Positions 1-11,232 of a DNA stretch of 34,651 bases are shown here, piece after piece. This stretch comes from Octopus bimaculoides. Lineage: Eukaryota. Each line of letters opens with the position of its first letter. Position 1 is the stretch's first letter. Location: NCBI RefSeq assembly GCF_001194135.2, contig NC_068985.1:34648740-34683390 (forward strand). The letters are read 5' to 3'. The notes under the pieces are model-generated. The model searched no databases. It was not told the origin of the DNA and saw only the letters and a program-made list of their open reading frames with translations. A program made the translations under genes and the position numbers.

Positions 1-187
1 CAATTTAAATTTCCTTTCTATTTGAAAATTAGTTATGAAACACGTGTAGTCATTTTATTATCTTTATCTTATGATATTTACTTTGTATTATATTATACTC
101 ATTTATTGTGCTTTTAATTATTAATTTTTCTATATGTGACAGTGGATTTTCATCGATGAGTTCATGAACCTTGGTTCTTTTCCCTAA

Positions 188-190
<3 letters not shown>

Positions 191-218
<28 letters not shown>

Positions 219-363
219 CGATGGGCTTCTTTCAGCTTCTGTCTACCAAATCCACTCACTAGGTCTTGGTTGGTCCAAGGCTATAGGAGAATACACATTG
301 AGACTGAAACTAGAACAGTGCTGTTAGGAAGCAAACTTCTTGCCACACAGCAATGCCTGTGCC
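191..363 (-). mobile_element. tRNA-derived SINE, family 1, head half plus (TA)n
   Basis: CGATGGGCTTCTTTCAGCTTCTGTCTACCAAATCCACTCAC... matches the better-preserved copies at 19486-19889 and 20359-20778; preceded by (TA)n at 191-218. Confidence 0.8.
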
Positions 364-794
364 TATGCATGTTTGTATATGAAATATACAATTTTTATTG
401 TTGCTATTTTCTGTGCAACTTCAAAATATTTAAGACACCCTCACCAAATAAAAAATATACCCATTTTTTATTCAATTTCTCTAAGCTGTGAAAGAGCAAC
501 ATGCTAAGTTCATGAGCCTAAATATTTATATATAAAAGAACCAGTAAGTATAATCAATAATGTTAGTACACAGCATGATTTCAGAAATGATCTTAAAGAA
601 AAACAGAAAGCTAACAATCATGAAATGTCTACTCCCTCTTTGTCTGTTAATGTATGTGTACATACAAGTATATGTGTATGAGTGTGTTAGAGTCTATCTC
701 ATTAATGTTTATTATGGTAGTCTCAGCACAGTACTAACATAATTCAATTGTTATTTATACCCATGTTTATAATTCTTGTTTTAATTTCTGAAAG

Positions 795-836
795 ACGTGG
801 ATGTTGATTATGTTAATGCTTCAAGGAAACCTGATA
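795..836 (+). other. Candidate 42-nt micro-exon, copy A (phase 0: TWMLIMLMLQGNLI)
   Basis: tttctgaaAG acceptor at 793-794 and GTAAGT donor at 837-842; both sites are retained in the paralog at 7122-7163; host gene not identified. Confidence 0.4.
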
Positions 837-939
837 GTAAGTATATAAGCAACTCATTAATAAAATTACATTCATTAGAGCAAGAGTTAGCAAATATCTT
901 AGTTCATTCTTTCCTTGAGTAGTATCAGCAGCTTAATAT

Positions 940-1531
940 ATGTCTTTATCTTCTGTTAGTCATTGGATTGTGGCCATGCTGAGCCAACTCTTTGAAGAGT
1001 TTAGTTCAACAAACCCACCTGAGTACTTATTTTTAAGCTTTGTACTTACTCTATTAGTTTCTTTTGCCAAAGTGACAAGTTTCATGAATGTGAACAAACC
1101 AACAGTGATTGTCAAGTGGTGGTTTGGAACAGAGACAAAGACATATTCACCCATATATATATAAATATAGCATGGAAAGCACAAGTTGAAAGATGAGTGG
1201 TTGGCGTTAGGAAGGGCATCCAGCTGTAGAAACTCTGCCAAATCAGACTGGAGCCTGGTGTTGCCATCCGGTTTCACCAGTCCTCAGTCAAATCGTCCAA
1301 CCCATGTTAGCATGGAAAGCGGACGTTAAACGATGATGATGATGATGATGATATATATATATATACACTCATGATGGGTTTCTTTCAGTTTCCATTAACC
1401 AAATCCACTTACAAGGCCTTCGTTGGCCCCAGGGTTATAGCAAAATATATTTGCCCAAGTTGCCACACAGTGGGTCTGAACCCAGAACCTCATGTGTGGG
1501 ATGTAAATTTCTTACTACTCAACTACAACTG
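940..1531 (-). mobile_element. Degenerate family-1 SINE, split in its central microsatellite by a younger insertion
   Basis: 940-1163 resembles the tail half and 1352-1531 the head half of the 19486-19889 copy. Confidence 0.7.
1193..1351 (+). mobile_element. 3' end of an RTE-type SINE/LINE with (GAT)n tail
   Basis: GAGTGGTTGGCGTTAGGAAGGGCATCCAGCTGTAGAAAC...GCATGGAAAGCGGACGTTAAAC(GAT)n, near-identical to 16537-16687. Confidence 0.85.
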
Positions 1532-1779
1532 CAAAACTTTGTATATATTAAAACATCATATACAATAAACTTCTTGCTGACATTCTTATTCAACTCTGAT
1601 ATTTTAATCTTTTATTAATCCTTATCCTTAATAATGCATTTCATCAGCATATAATATTGAATTCATTAGATGTTTATCTAGACATGAGATATGAAGTATG
1701 AAACAGACTTGCAATGGTGAATATAATCAGCTTTTGTTGAGTATTGAAAATCACTGCTTGTAGAAAACTAGCATAGGCC

Positions 1780-1996
1780 ACACTTATGGTCTCATTTCGC
1801 TTGCCAGCTCTTCTCAAGTACAGCATACTCCAAAGGTCTCAGTCACTTGTCATCACCTTGGTGAGGCCCAACATTTGAAGGTCGTGCTTCACCACCTCAT
1901 CCCAGGTCTTCTTAAGTTTACCTCTTCCACAGGTTCCCGCTACTGCTAGGGTGTGACTCTTTTTCACACAGCTGTCCTCATTCATACACAACACAT
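1780..1996 (-). mobile_element. RTE-clade LINE, 3' ORF fragment
   Basis: Minus-strand translation HVLCMNEDSCVKKSHTLAVAGTCGRGKLKKTWDEVVKHDLQMLGLT, same family as 30833-31130. Confidence 0.8.
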
Positions 1997-2050
1997 ATGG
2001 TAGGGAATAAATGCAGGGACATGCTCACAGATATACATTTGTATATATAT

Positions 2051-2479
2051 NNNNNNNNNNNNNNNNNNNNNNNNNNNNNNNNNNNNNNNNNNNNNNNNNN
2101 NNNNNNNNNNNNNNNNNNNNNNNNNNNNNNNNNNNNNNNNNNNNNNNNNNNNNNNNNNNNNNNNNNNNNNNNNNNNNNNNNNNNNNNNNNNNNNNNNNNN
2201 NNNNNNNNNNNNNNNNNNNNNNNNNNNNNNNNNNNNNNNNNNNNNNNNNNNNNNNNNNNNNNNNNNNNNNNNNNNNNNNNNNNNNNNNNNNNNNNNNNNN
2301 NNNNNNNNNNNNNNNNNNNNNNNNNNNNNNNNNNNNNNNNNNNNNNNNNNNNNNNNNNNNNNNNNNNNNNNNNNNNNNNNNNNNNNNNNNNNNNNNNNNN
2401 NNNNNNNNNNNNNNNNNNNNNNNNNNNNNNNNNNNNNNNNNNNNNNNNNNNNNNNNNNNNNNNNNNNNNNNNNNNNNNN
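2051..2479. other. Assembly gap (N run)
   Basis: N bases. Confidence 1.
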
Positions 2480-2675
2480 CGTGTATAGAGGAATATATTA
2501 TTTAAAAGAGTTCCAACTCTGTCTGTTTTTTATGTTTTATTTATTTATATTATAAAATTAATGTGGGATATAGAATATGGAATATATAATATAAGTAGTA
2601 AAATGAAATGAAGTATTGAATGTCTTATTGAATATATGAAATATTGAGTATTAAATATAGAGTATTAAATATATA

Positions 2676-2719
2676 AGGACTAGTATACTTTCCTGCCTCA
2701 TGGCAGTCATCAAGGTCCC
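2676..2719 (-). ncRNA. Minimal type I hammerhead ribozyme (PLE-associated)
   Basis: Minus strand GGGAC-CUUGAUGA-CUGCC(AUGA)GGCAG-GAA-AGUAUACU-A-GUCCU: 5-bp stem I, 5-bp stem II, GAAA, palindromic stem III, CUA cleavage triplet. Confidence 0.65.
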
Positions 2720-2914
2720 ATCTAACAGATGTACTGTAGTTGACTGGCTGCTCTTTTGTCTTTTATACATATTCCTTTGGACAGCAGCAATAAGTGTTTG
2801 GCTATTTTTAGAGATGATGCCAAGTTTATTTTTAGAAATGATGACATTTGAGAGATTTTTTTGTGTTTTAGTTATAGGGATAAGATTTTTAAACCCCAAG
2901 TAAGATTAATTTAA

Positions 2915-3376
2915 TCATTGTTTGTTAAGAGTGGGTTTGAATTTCTTAATGAAGTCCTTTTCTTTGCGTTTTCTCTCAATTTCATTCAGGTTGTAAAGTT
3001 TATGGAATGGAAATATCATAAAAGTTTCACAACATGTTGCCAGATGGTTACTCAGTGGTATTTGGCCGACATCTGGGTTTTTAATCTGTTGTCGATGCAC
3101 ACGTGAGCATTCTGATAGTGCATTACCTGTCTGGCCAACGCACAGTTCTTCACAATTAGGGCATTTGATGCAGTAGATTAGATTTCTACTTTTGCAGTTC
3201 ATGTTCGCATTGGTGAATATTTTCCCTGTTTTTGTGTTCATATATGGGCTGGTATGACCTGAATGAAATTGAATGAAATTGAGAGAAAATGCAAATTGAG
3301 AGAAAACGCAAATTGAGAGAAAACGCAAAAAAAAGGACTTTATTAAGAAATTCAAACCCACTCTTAACAAACAATG
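2915..3376 (-). mobile_element. Penelope-like element GIY-YIG endonuclease 3' fragment with inverted copy of its end
   Basis: NMNCKSRNLIYCIKCPNCEELCVGQTGNALSECSRVHRQQIK...ERKRKEKDFIKKFKPTLNK (GIY-YIG with second Tyr changed to Cys); ~2918-2981 is inverted-repeated at ~3311-3376. Confidence 0.85.
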
Positions 3377-4430
3377 TTGTCGTGTGCTTGTTTGTATGTG
3401 GGTACATTGGTGTATGCTCTGGTCAGACTCCAAAATATTGGTGGAGAGTCAACGATGGGGGACTGGTGATTGTAGTCATGCTGAGGCATGCAGGTATTCT
3501 TGAAACTGCTGGCAGCCAGAGCCTCATTGTGGTACAGGGTGGTAGCATCAAATATCTTTTTGCTTGAAGATAAGTGGGAGACTCTTCTGCTGACAACCTT
3601 TGCCAGGTTCTTGAAAACTATAGCTGGATGACAGGAACCTGAGTTAATGTATGATAGCGTCTTGTTTATGAGCACCAGACTCCAAGTTCAGGGTCATGTC
3701 AAGGAAATCCTCTGTTTTCAGGTTGGTTTCCATTGCAATCAGGGGCTTTTCTAACAGCATTACTGATCTTCATGATAAGATGTTGGCTCACTTGTATAAT
3801 CCCAGAGTTTGTGGAGTTTATCAGCCTGCACTTGGGGTTAGAGGCAAAGTTTGGTTTATAGTTCTTGATCGTCATGAAGCCCTCTTACTCTACGAGTGTC
3901 TTTACCCTGTCTTCTGTACCTAGTTTAATCCCTATATTTCTGGCCTCATGGTTAATGCTATCATAAGCTTGAGGGGCAGCCTTCCTGTATGTTTGTGTAA
4001 TGCTGTTGTTAAGAATCTGTGTGTGTGTCATTACTTACTCCATATAAATTTTTAGTCTTATCAGAAAAAAAGAATGGTCCTATCAGAAATTCTAAGTCAA
4101 CGGGTGTCTTCTCTAAGTTTATGTTGAAAAACATTTGATGACATACAGAATTTCAGGCAGGGTATAATATCCAAAAGGTCGTTCTTGAAGGCCTCCAGCT
4201 CCTTGATCTTAAGTGGGAACTTTCTGAATTTTAGCCAAAAATGTTCAGATTCCATTGGTGGTTTGGGCTGGTTAAAGAAAAAGGCTTTCCATCTCATCCA
4301 CCCGATCAAGTCAATTATCTTCTCCAGCAACAGCCTTGTATGGAGCTTGTTCGATGGAGTTGGGATATTCTTTGTTGAATATCCAAGGTCATACAGTTCC
4401 AAATCCATTGTAAAGGATACATAATGTCTT
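3377..4430 (-). mobile_element. Penelope-like element, internally deleted ORF (N-terminus and RT thumb)
   Basis: YSTKNIPTPS...MRWKAFFF...ELEAFKNDLLDII (4097-4408); NPKCRLINS followed after a deletion by ETNLKTEDFLDMTLNL; SYINSGSCHPAIVFKNL (3364-3675). Confidence 0.85.
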
Positions 4431-4499
4431 TAGTGACAATGTAGAGCACTCGCAGCTATATGGCACGAGACACAGACAACCTAGTTACAGTGTGTGGCA

Positions 4500-5800
4500 G
4501 CATGTGTGTACATGCATAAGTTGTCTAAAGGTCCATAAATCAGGGAAAATGCACTCTCCAACCCCAGGTGCAGGCTGATAAACCCTGCAAAGATCAGACA
4601 GGTGAGCAAATGGCTTATCAGGAATGGTGTTAGAAAAGCCTCTGACCTCATCCTATGGTGTAACACCAATGCAGTCATTACATGATTTTAAACCAATAAT
4701 GGAAAGGGGAAAGCAAGGTTTACCCTATTTGATATAATGAATTTCTACTTGTCTATATTGAGGGAGCTCCTTTCTAAGGCACTGGACTTCACCAGAGTCT
4801 ACACTGAAGTCAGTGATGAGGACATATGCATTATCATGTACGCCAGAAGAACCCTACTCTTCAGTAAGGGGTTGGCCTGAGCCTAGTGAATTGACCCAGA
4901 AGGCTCCTTCAATGTAGCAATGGGGTCTTCGACAGTACTGATGTGTGTGACCTCGTCAGTTTCTTCATCCTAGATGAATTCAAAAAAAAATTTCCTTCAA
5001 CTATCTTTGGCCTCTACAAGGATGATGTGCTGGCAATATCAAGAGGGGCAAATAATCACACCATGGATAGGCTTAGAAAGGACCTCACCAGTACCATGAA
5101 CTCCCTTGGACTGAAGGTCACAATAAAAACCAACCTGAAGATAGTGGATTTCCTTGATGTGGCCCCGGACTTGGAGTTCGGTGCCTATAGACACTTTAGG
5201 AAGCCAAACAAAAAGCTGTCATACATTCACTCAGGTTCCTGTCATCTAGTCATAGATTTAAAGAACCTGATAAAGAGCATCAGTGATTTTAAAGAGCACC
5301 CAGGTATTCACTTGAATAGCAGAAGTGAAGTGTTTAATATTTGCCCACATGAAAGGAAGTACATCCTATCATACTTGCATCCCCTATCAGGACTACAATC
5401 ACCAGACCCTCAGCCTTGGCTCTTCATCAATATCCTGGAGTCCAGCAGAGAGTTTGACCAGAACATACACCAACATATCCACATACAAACACGCACACCA
5501 CAACACAGCAGACACCTACCAAATAGTCTATTTCCACCACTCCCAATATAAACTCACCAACACACATTATACTCCTGCACACACCACATGCACACATGAA
5601 GCCCCCACAACCTTAATCAATACAGGAAGAAAACAAACTAATGAACACAGTTATGATACCTACACCCTCTGCAAAAGTTATGCATATAGTACCACATTTC
5701 CCTCAAATACTTGACAATAACTCTTACCAACTTGCAGCATAACCAACCCAGTGTCCATGTCTTGATAGCAAGGGACATAACTCTTAACTTAATCTCCTAC
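4500..5800 (+). mobile_element. Penelope-like element reverse transcriptase, degraded
   Basis: NPRCRLINPAK...KARFTLFDIMNFYLSI...FNVAMGS(fs)DSTDVCDLVSFFIL...FGLYKDDVL...TNLKIVDFLDV...YIHSGSCH; ORF-track 4943-5551 holds the YKDD catalytic motif. Confidence 0.9.
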
Positions 5801-6018
5801 TCATTTCATTTCATCATCCACTTTCACAGCAATCGCAATCCGGATGCATCTATTCACCTCTGAAAATAGAGAGCAGTTGCCATATTCCTTCCCTATTAGC
5901 TACCTTTGATAAGCATAGGGTTACATAACTGGATTGTTACCTAACACTCCATTGTTTCCCTAGTGCAAAACTGATTGGTAAGATTGGCCATATGGATATA
6001 TAATACTGTACACTTTGG

Positions 6019-6046
<28 letters not shown>

Positions 6047-6054
<8 letters not shown>

Positions 6055-6492
6055 AAAATAAGTTTGAAAACGCCATTATATAAGATAAATTTTAATTTTC
6101 TCAGAGATATTTTATGTTTAGGTTCTTCTTGAAAAAAACGAACCTTATCAAAAATACATATTTTTAAAAGTGTAATAAAGGAGAAGTTCATAATTATTTC
6201 TTACTGGTGTCAACAGAGTCCACGTGGAAGCGTTTTATGTGTGGGAACATAATGGCTATCTTCTGCGTTGACTAGAATCATTGGCTGTAGTAGTAGTAGT
6301 AGTGACCGTGTTGGTAGTGGTGAGTAGCGGGAGACACCAGTAAGAAATAATTATGAACTTTTCTTTTATTACACTTTTAAAAATATGGATTTTTGATAAG
6401 GTTTGTTTTTTCAAGAAGAACATGTAAAATATCTCTGAGAAAATTAAAATTTATCTTATGTAGTGGCGTTTTCAAACTTCTTTTTATAAATA
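6047..6492. mobile_element. Foldback/MITE with ~165-bp terminal inverted repeats
   Basis: 6047-6211 is the reverse complement of 6333-6492 (e.g. AAGTTTGAAAACGCC / GGCGTTTTCAAACTT; CTTACTGGTGTC / GACACCAGTAAG); 121-bp spacer. Confidence 0.8.
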
Positions 6493-6554
6493 AATATATA
6501 CCACACATATGCCACCTATACTTTTTATTAATATATTATATATATATGTATATA

Positions 6555-6720
6555 TACGACAGGCTTCTTTCAGTTTCTGAATACTAAATCCACTCACAAG
6601 GTTTTGACCTACCTGAGACTATAGAAGAAAACACTTGCCCAAGTTGTCACACAATGGGACTGAACACTGAACGATGTTGTTGGGAAGCAAGCTTCTTACC
6701 ACACAACAATTCCTGCACCT
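6555..6720 (-). mobile_element. Family-1 SINE, head half
   Basis: CGACAGGCTTCTTTCAGTTTC...CTTACCACACAAC, similar to 19725-19889. Confidence 0.8.
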
Positions 6721-7121
6721 GTGCATGTTTATATAGCAAATGTGCAATGTTCTTTTTAGCTACTTTCTATGCAACATCAAAAAATTAAACATCCCATCTA
6801 AACAATAAATATACTCATTTTTTATTTCATTTCTTGATGCTGAGCTAAAATATTTATTTATGAAATAACCAGGTAAGCACAATTGATATTGTTAGTACAT
6901 ACCATGATTTTGGAAATTATTTTAAACAAAAATAGAAAACTAACAATCATGAAATATATCACTATTGAACATTTGCCTGTTAATGTGTGTACATGTATGT
7001 GTGTATGAGTGTGTCTGAGTTCATCTCATAAGTGTTTATTATGGTAGGATCAGCATAATAATAACATAATTTAAATTTTATTTATAATCATGCTTTTGAT
7101 TCTTTTTTTAATTTCTTAAAG

Positions 7122-7163
7122 ACATGGATATTGCTTGCATTAATATTTCAAGGAAACCTGGTG
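7122..7163 (+). other. Candidate 42-nt micro-exon, copy B (phase 0: TWILLALIFQGNLV)
   Basis: tttcttaaAG acceptor at 7120-7121 and GTAAGT donor at 7164-7169; 32/42 identical to 795-836. Confidence 0.4.
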
Positions 7164-7667
7164 GTAAGTATACAAGGAATTTACTAATAAATATTACATT
7201 CATTGGAGCAAGAGTTAGTGTATAATTTTTGCATTATTTCATTGAGTAGAATATGCAGCTTAATATATATGTATGATAGAAATTAAAACTTCTGAAATAT
7301 TAAAATTTCATTGCATATATTATAAACTTCTTGCAAACATTCATATATAACTCTGATATTTTATTCTTTTATTAATCCTTGCCCTTAATAATGCAGAACA
7401 TAAGCATATATTTTGTAAGCTTTATTTATACAAATAAACCAAATAATTATATGACTAACATTGAATTCACTAGATATTTTCCTAGAGATGGGACACAAAG
7501 AAGGGAACAGATTTGCTATGGTGAATTTGATCAGCTGTTGTGGTTGAGTATCCAAGGTCACTCTTGCTTATGAATAACTCGAGCAAGAAAGTAATCTTAA
7601 AAAGAATCTTATTTCTGTAAACATATTTGTGAATGGCTCTGTCATTCTTAATTATCAAAGTGATATT

Positions 7668-7814
7668 TTTATTTCTTTATTACCCACAAGGGGCTAAACA
7701 TAGAGGGGAAAAACAAGGATAGACAAAGGGATTAAGTCGATTACATTGCCTCCAGCGCGTAACTGGTACTTAATTTATTGACCCCGAAAGGATGAAAGGC
7801 AAAGTCAACCTCGG
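7668..7814 (-). mobile_element. 5'-truncated tRNA-derived SINE (family 2) with 12-bp TSD
   Basis: Core ...GACCCCGAAAGGATGAAAGGCAAAGTCAACCTCGG as in 22200-22413; TSD CAAAGTGATATT at 7656-7667 and 7815-7826. Confidence 0.85.
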
Positions 7815-8544
7815 CAAAGTGATATTAAAGTGATAGAAACATTAATAGAAATATTAAAGTGATAGAAACAGTACAACACTGTACTAAATATTGACAGTAT
7901 TAAATTTAATGCTCGTACATTCTGAGACCAAATCCCATTAAAGTAAATTTTGTTCAGTCAGCCTCTTAATATGTACTACTTTTACATAATTATTAGTATT
8001 TTGCTTATAGAGCAAAATTTTGTGTGTCACTTTAATAAGGAACCTTGTCTCTAAATACCTATTTTGAAATGGCATATTAACCAAAATTACTGTTTGTTTC
8101 CTCTTGTTCAAACCAAATAAATTTATTTGGCAATACTTTTCTTTTTCACAATACATGAATGAGAGGATGCTGCAAAATATTCAATATATTTTACTATTAT
8201 TTTTAATTACTTTCTGCACAACTTCAAAATAGTTAAAATATCCTCTTCAAAGTATGAATATGTCCAGTTTCTATTTGATTTCATGAAACTGTGTAAGTTC
8301 AATATGTTGAAATTAGTGAGCCCAGATATGTATTTAAATCTAATCAGTTTTGATAGTACTCGGCATGAGCTCTGAAATGATCATAACCAAGAACAGGAAG
8401 CTAGCAATCATAATATATATATATATATATATATAAATGCATGCATGCATGTATGTATGTATGTATGTATGTGCAGATTTGTATGTTTTATGTATGTATT
8501 ATCATGCATATAGTAGCATATCTCGACATGCTCATATATATTTA

Positions 8545-9845
8545 AATAATAAACTTCTGGAAAGTTTTACAGATTTTTACTGTTCCAGTGATGGACTGGA
8601 TCTGTAGTCCTCAAATTAGCTTTCTTCTTTCTGGTTTTGAGAAGCCTAATTTCTCACGACTGGTATTTAGACAATGTGTTACATATCCCAGGGCCTCAAT
8701 AATTACAAGTATAAACTTGAACTTGTAATCTGAATAGAGTAACTGCAGATTTCTCAATAGTTCAGCACTTTATGTTAACATCTGCTGGGCAGCTAATTTC
8801 CACAACTGTGCACATTTTCACTTCTCTATCCCAAATCATTATATCAGATCTGTTGTGCTTACATTTTATTGAGGTCGTCACCAGTATTCCTTTTTATTAT
8901 GAGTGGCTATGTCTTCTACTATATTGAGGATTCTCATTTCTTTGTCCTCAGAATTATTCTTCCGACAGATTTCATTATAAAGTGTCCTAACTACAACATC
9001 ATGTCTCATCAGTAGATTATACCATGATAACATTATGATGTGCATGATATCTTCAGTGTGAACTCCACAAAGTCTGCATCAGTTGTCACATTTTATGGCT
9101 TTTCCTGCATCTCTATCCCTTTTGTGCATCAGGTACTTGGTTGATATTTCCTGTTCCTGGATTACACAAACATACCCTTCAAGTGGGAGGTAGTAATCTG
9201 GCTATTGGTCCAAGATAAACTGTTTTGATGATCAATGTTACTATCATCACAGAACTTTCTACTGACATATCCATGCATAGTCTTCTTCTCATGTAGGCTC
9301 ATTCTTGTATGTATGTATGTATGTATGTATGTATGTATGTATGTATGTATGTATGTATGTATGCATGTATGTATGTATGCATGCATGTATGTATGCATGC
9401 ATGTATGTATGCATGCATGTATGTATGTATGTATGTATGGATGGATGGATGGATGGATGGATGCAATTGAAGAAATTGGAGTTACCAAGAAGTAGTATGG
9501 TTGGACAGTTATTTTTTAATCACTACAAGTGTTTCCACATAATGTGGCTCTCCAAAAATACAGATATTTAATTATGCACCTGTTTGTTTGCATAATGAGA
9601 ATCAGTTGTGTTTCCTCAGGTGATTTTAAGTGTTGTCGCCATTAATTTAAAATCTTCGACTTCAAGACCTTCCCATCTGTCTGTCTTGGTTTGAATTTTG
9701 TAACAGTTGGTAAATTTCATGTTGTTTGCTGCCAGAGTGTGTTTGTTGGACTGCTATGAGTGGTAGTGGATGACTGCTTTGGTAACTTCTGATCACTGAC
9801 CTATTCTTCATGGTTGGCTGCACATATGAATTTTATTAGCTGACC
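8545..9845 (-). mobile_element. RLE-type (R4/Dong-like) non-LTR retrotransposon 3' fragment, degraded
   Basis: Minus strand: CRLCGVHTEDIMH zinc knuckle (~9050-9090) then KHNRSDIMIWDREVKMCTVVEISCPADVN restriction-like endonuclease motif (~8780-8860); GGRGL-like remnant near 9660-9690; many stops; interrupted by microsatellite 9305-9461. Confidence 0.7.
9305..9461. repeat. Compound microsatellite (TATG)n/(TGCA)n/(GGAT)n
   Basis: Visible tetranucleotide arrays. Confidence 0.95.
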
Positions 9846-10662
9846 TTCAGTATTCAGTGGTCACACACAGATATGCTCACATATACATATATACACATAC
9901 ATTCAGATACATATCACATACACACACTGAGACTTACACATACTATCCCATTCGCAAACAGAGCAATGTATATATGCCTACATACACACAGATATGCTCA
10001 CATATACATACATAGACATACATTCATGTACACATACATACATACATATACTTAGGCATCTATATATACATACATATGAGGAGCCCTCTTTCAAAACTGG
10101 ATAAGTGCATATTTGGCGATTTCATGATGACCATTAAAAGACAATCTGCAGGCTTCTGGCTTCAGCAAGTGAAATTTTTTCAATCAAACTAGGATAGATG
10201 CCATATAGACAGTAAGCGAATCTTAGTCTTCCAATAAAAATCAGATATTCAGATACCAAATTTCCTGATGCATATGTCTGGTTTTGAAAGTAAGCTTTTC
10301 ATATACATATGTATACATATACATATGTATACATATTTATACATATATACATATTTATACATATATACATACACCGATCAGCATATACACTTATGCACTA
10401 TGTATGTGAGTAGGAGACTATGGGTGTACATATATTAATATACATGGATGTGTGTGCACAAGCATATTTATCAGTGTGAATGTACCTACGTTTATGTGCT
10501 TATGTATACACATGTGTATGTGGGTAGAGAAAAGTGAATATGCATGTATATATATGCATGTGTGGATGTCTGTGTATATATAAACATATTTGTATGAATT
10601 TCATATGTATATACATGTATGCATGTATCATTGTGTATATAAGTATATGTGTGAATGTGTGT

Positions 10663-10698
<36 letters not shown>

Positions 10699-10768
10699 AT
10701 AATATATATTTACATGTATGGGAGTGATAATGTGAGAGTCTGCGCACAAAACTCAATGTAAGTATGTA

Positions 10769-10999
10769 CAGGGATGGCCAAAAGTCACCTGACAGTAAAT
10801 CAAAACCGTTTAATTTCAAGATTTATTTATGTTTAACAACTGAATGAATTTAATAAAAGTATCTAAATATGGAACATCATGAAAATTGTTCAAACTGAAG
10901 TCCTTCTTGAGTGACATTTTTCCATTCACATCAATACAGAATTACAGATAGCATTTATGGAATTTTGATTTACTGTTGGGTAACTTTTGGCCAAACCTG
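10769..10999. mobile_element. Tc1/mariner-type MITE
   Basis: TA-CAGGGATGGCCAAAAGTCACC ... GGTAACTTTTGGCCAAACCTG-TA; terminal inverted repeats with 3 mismatches and TA TSD. Confidence 0.8.
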
Positions 11000-11030
<31 letters not shown>

Positions 11031-11036
11031 GAATAT

Positions 11037-11181
11037 NNNNNNNNNNNNNNNNNNNNNNNNNNNNNNNNNNNNNNNNNNNNNNNNNNNNNNNNNNNNNNNN
11101 NNNNNNNNNNNNNNNNNNNNNNNNNNNNNNNNNNNNNNNNNNNNNNNNNNNNNNNNNNNNNNNNNNNNNNNNNNNNNNNNN
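11037..11181. other. Assembly gap inside a (TA)n array
   Basis: N bases flanked by (TA)n. Confidence 1.

Positions 11182-11232
<51 letters not shown>

Noticed and set aside
1-185. Possible PLE GIY-YIG C-terminal remnant on the minus strand
   Set aside because: No diagnostic motif and truncated by the window edge
5845-5935. Hammerhead-like spacing after the plus-strand PLE (CTGAAAA...GATAAGC)
   Set aside because: Both core boxes are broken and the stems do not close
10940-10979. AG/GT-bounded 40-nt segment (ITDSIYGILIYCW)
   Set aside because: Lies inside the 10769-10999 MITE and the donor overlaps its TIR
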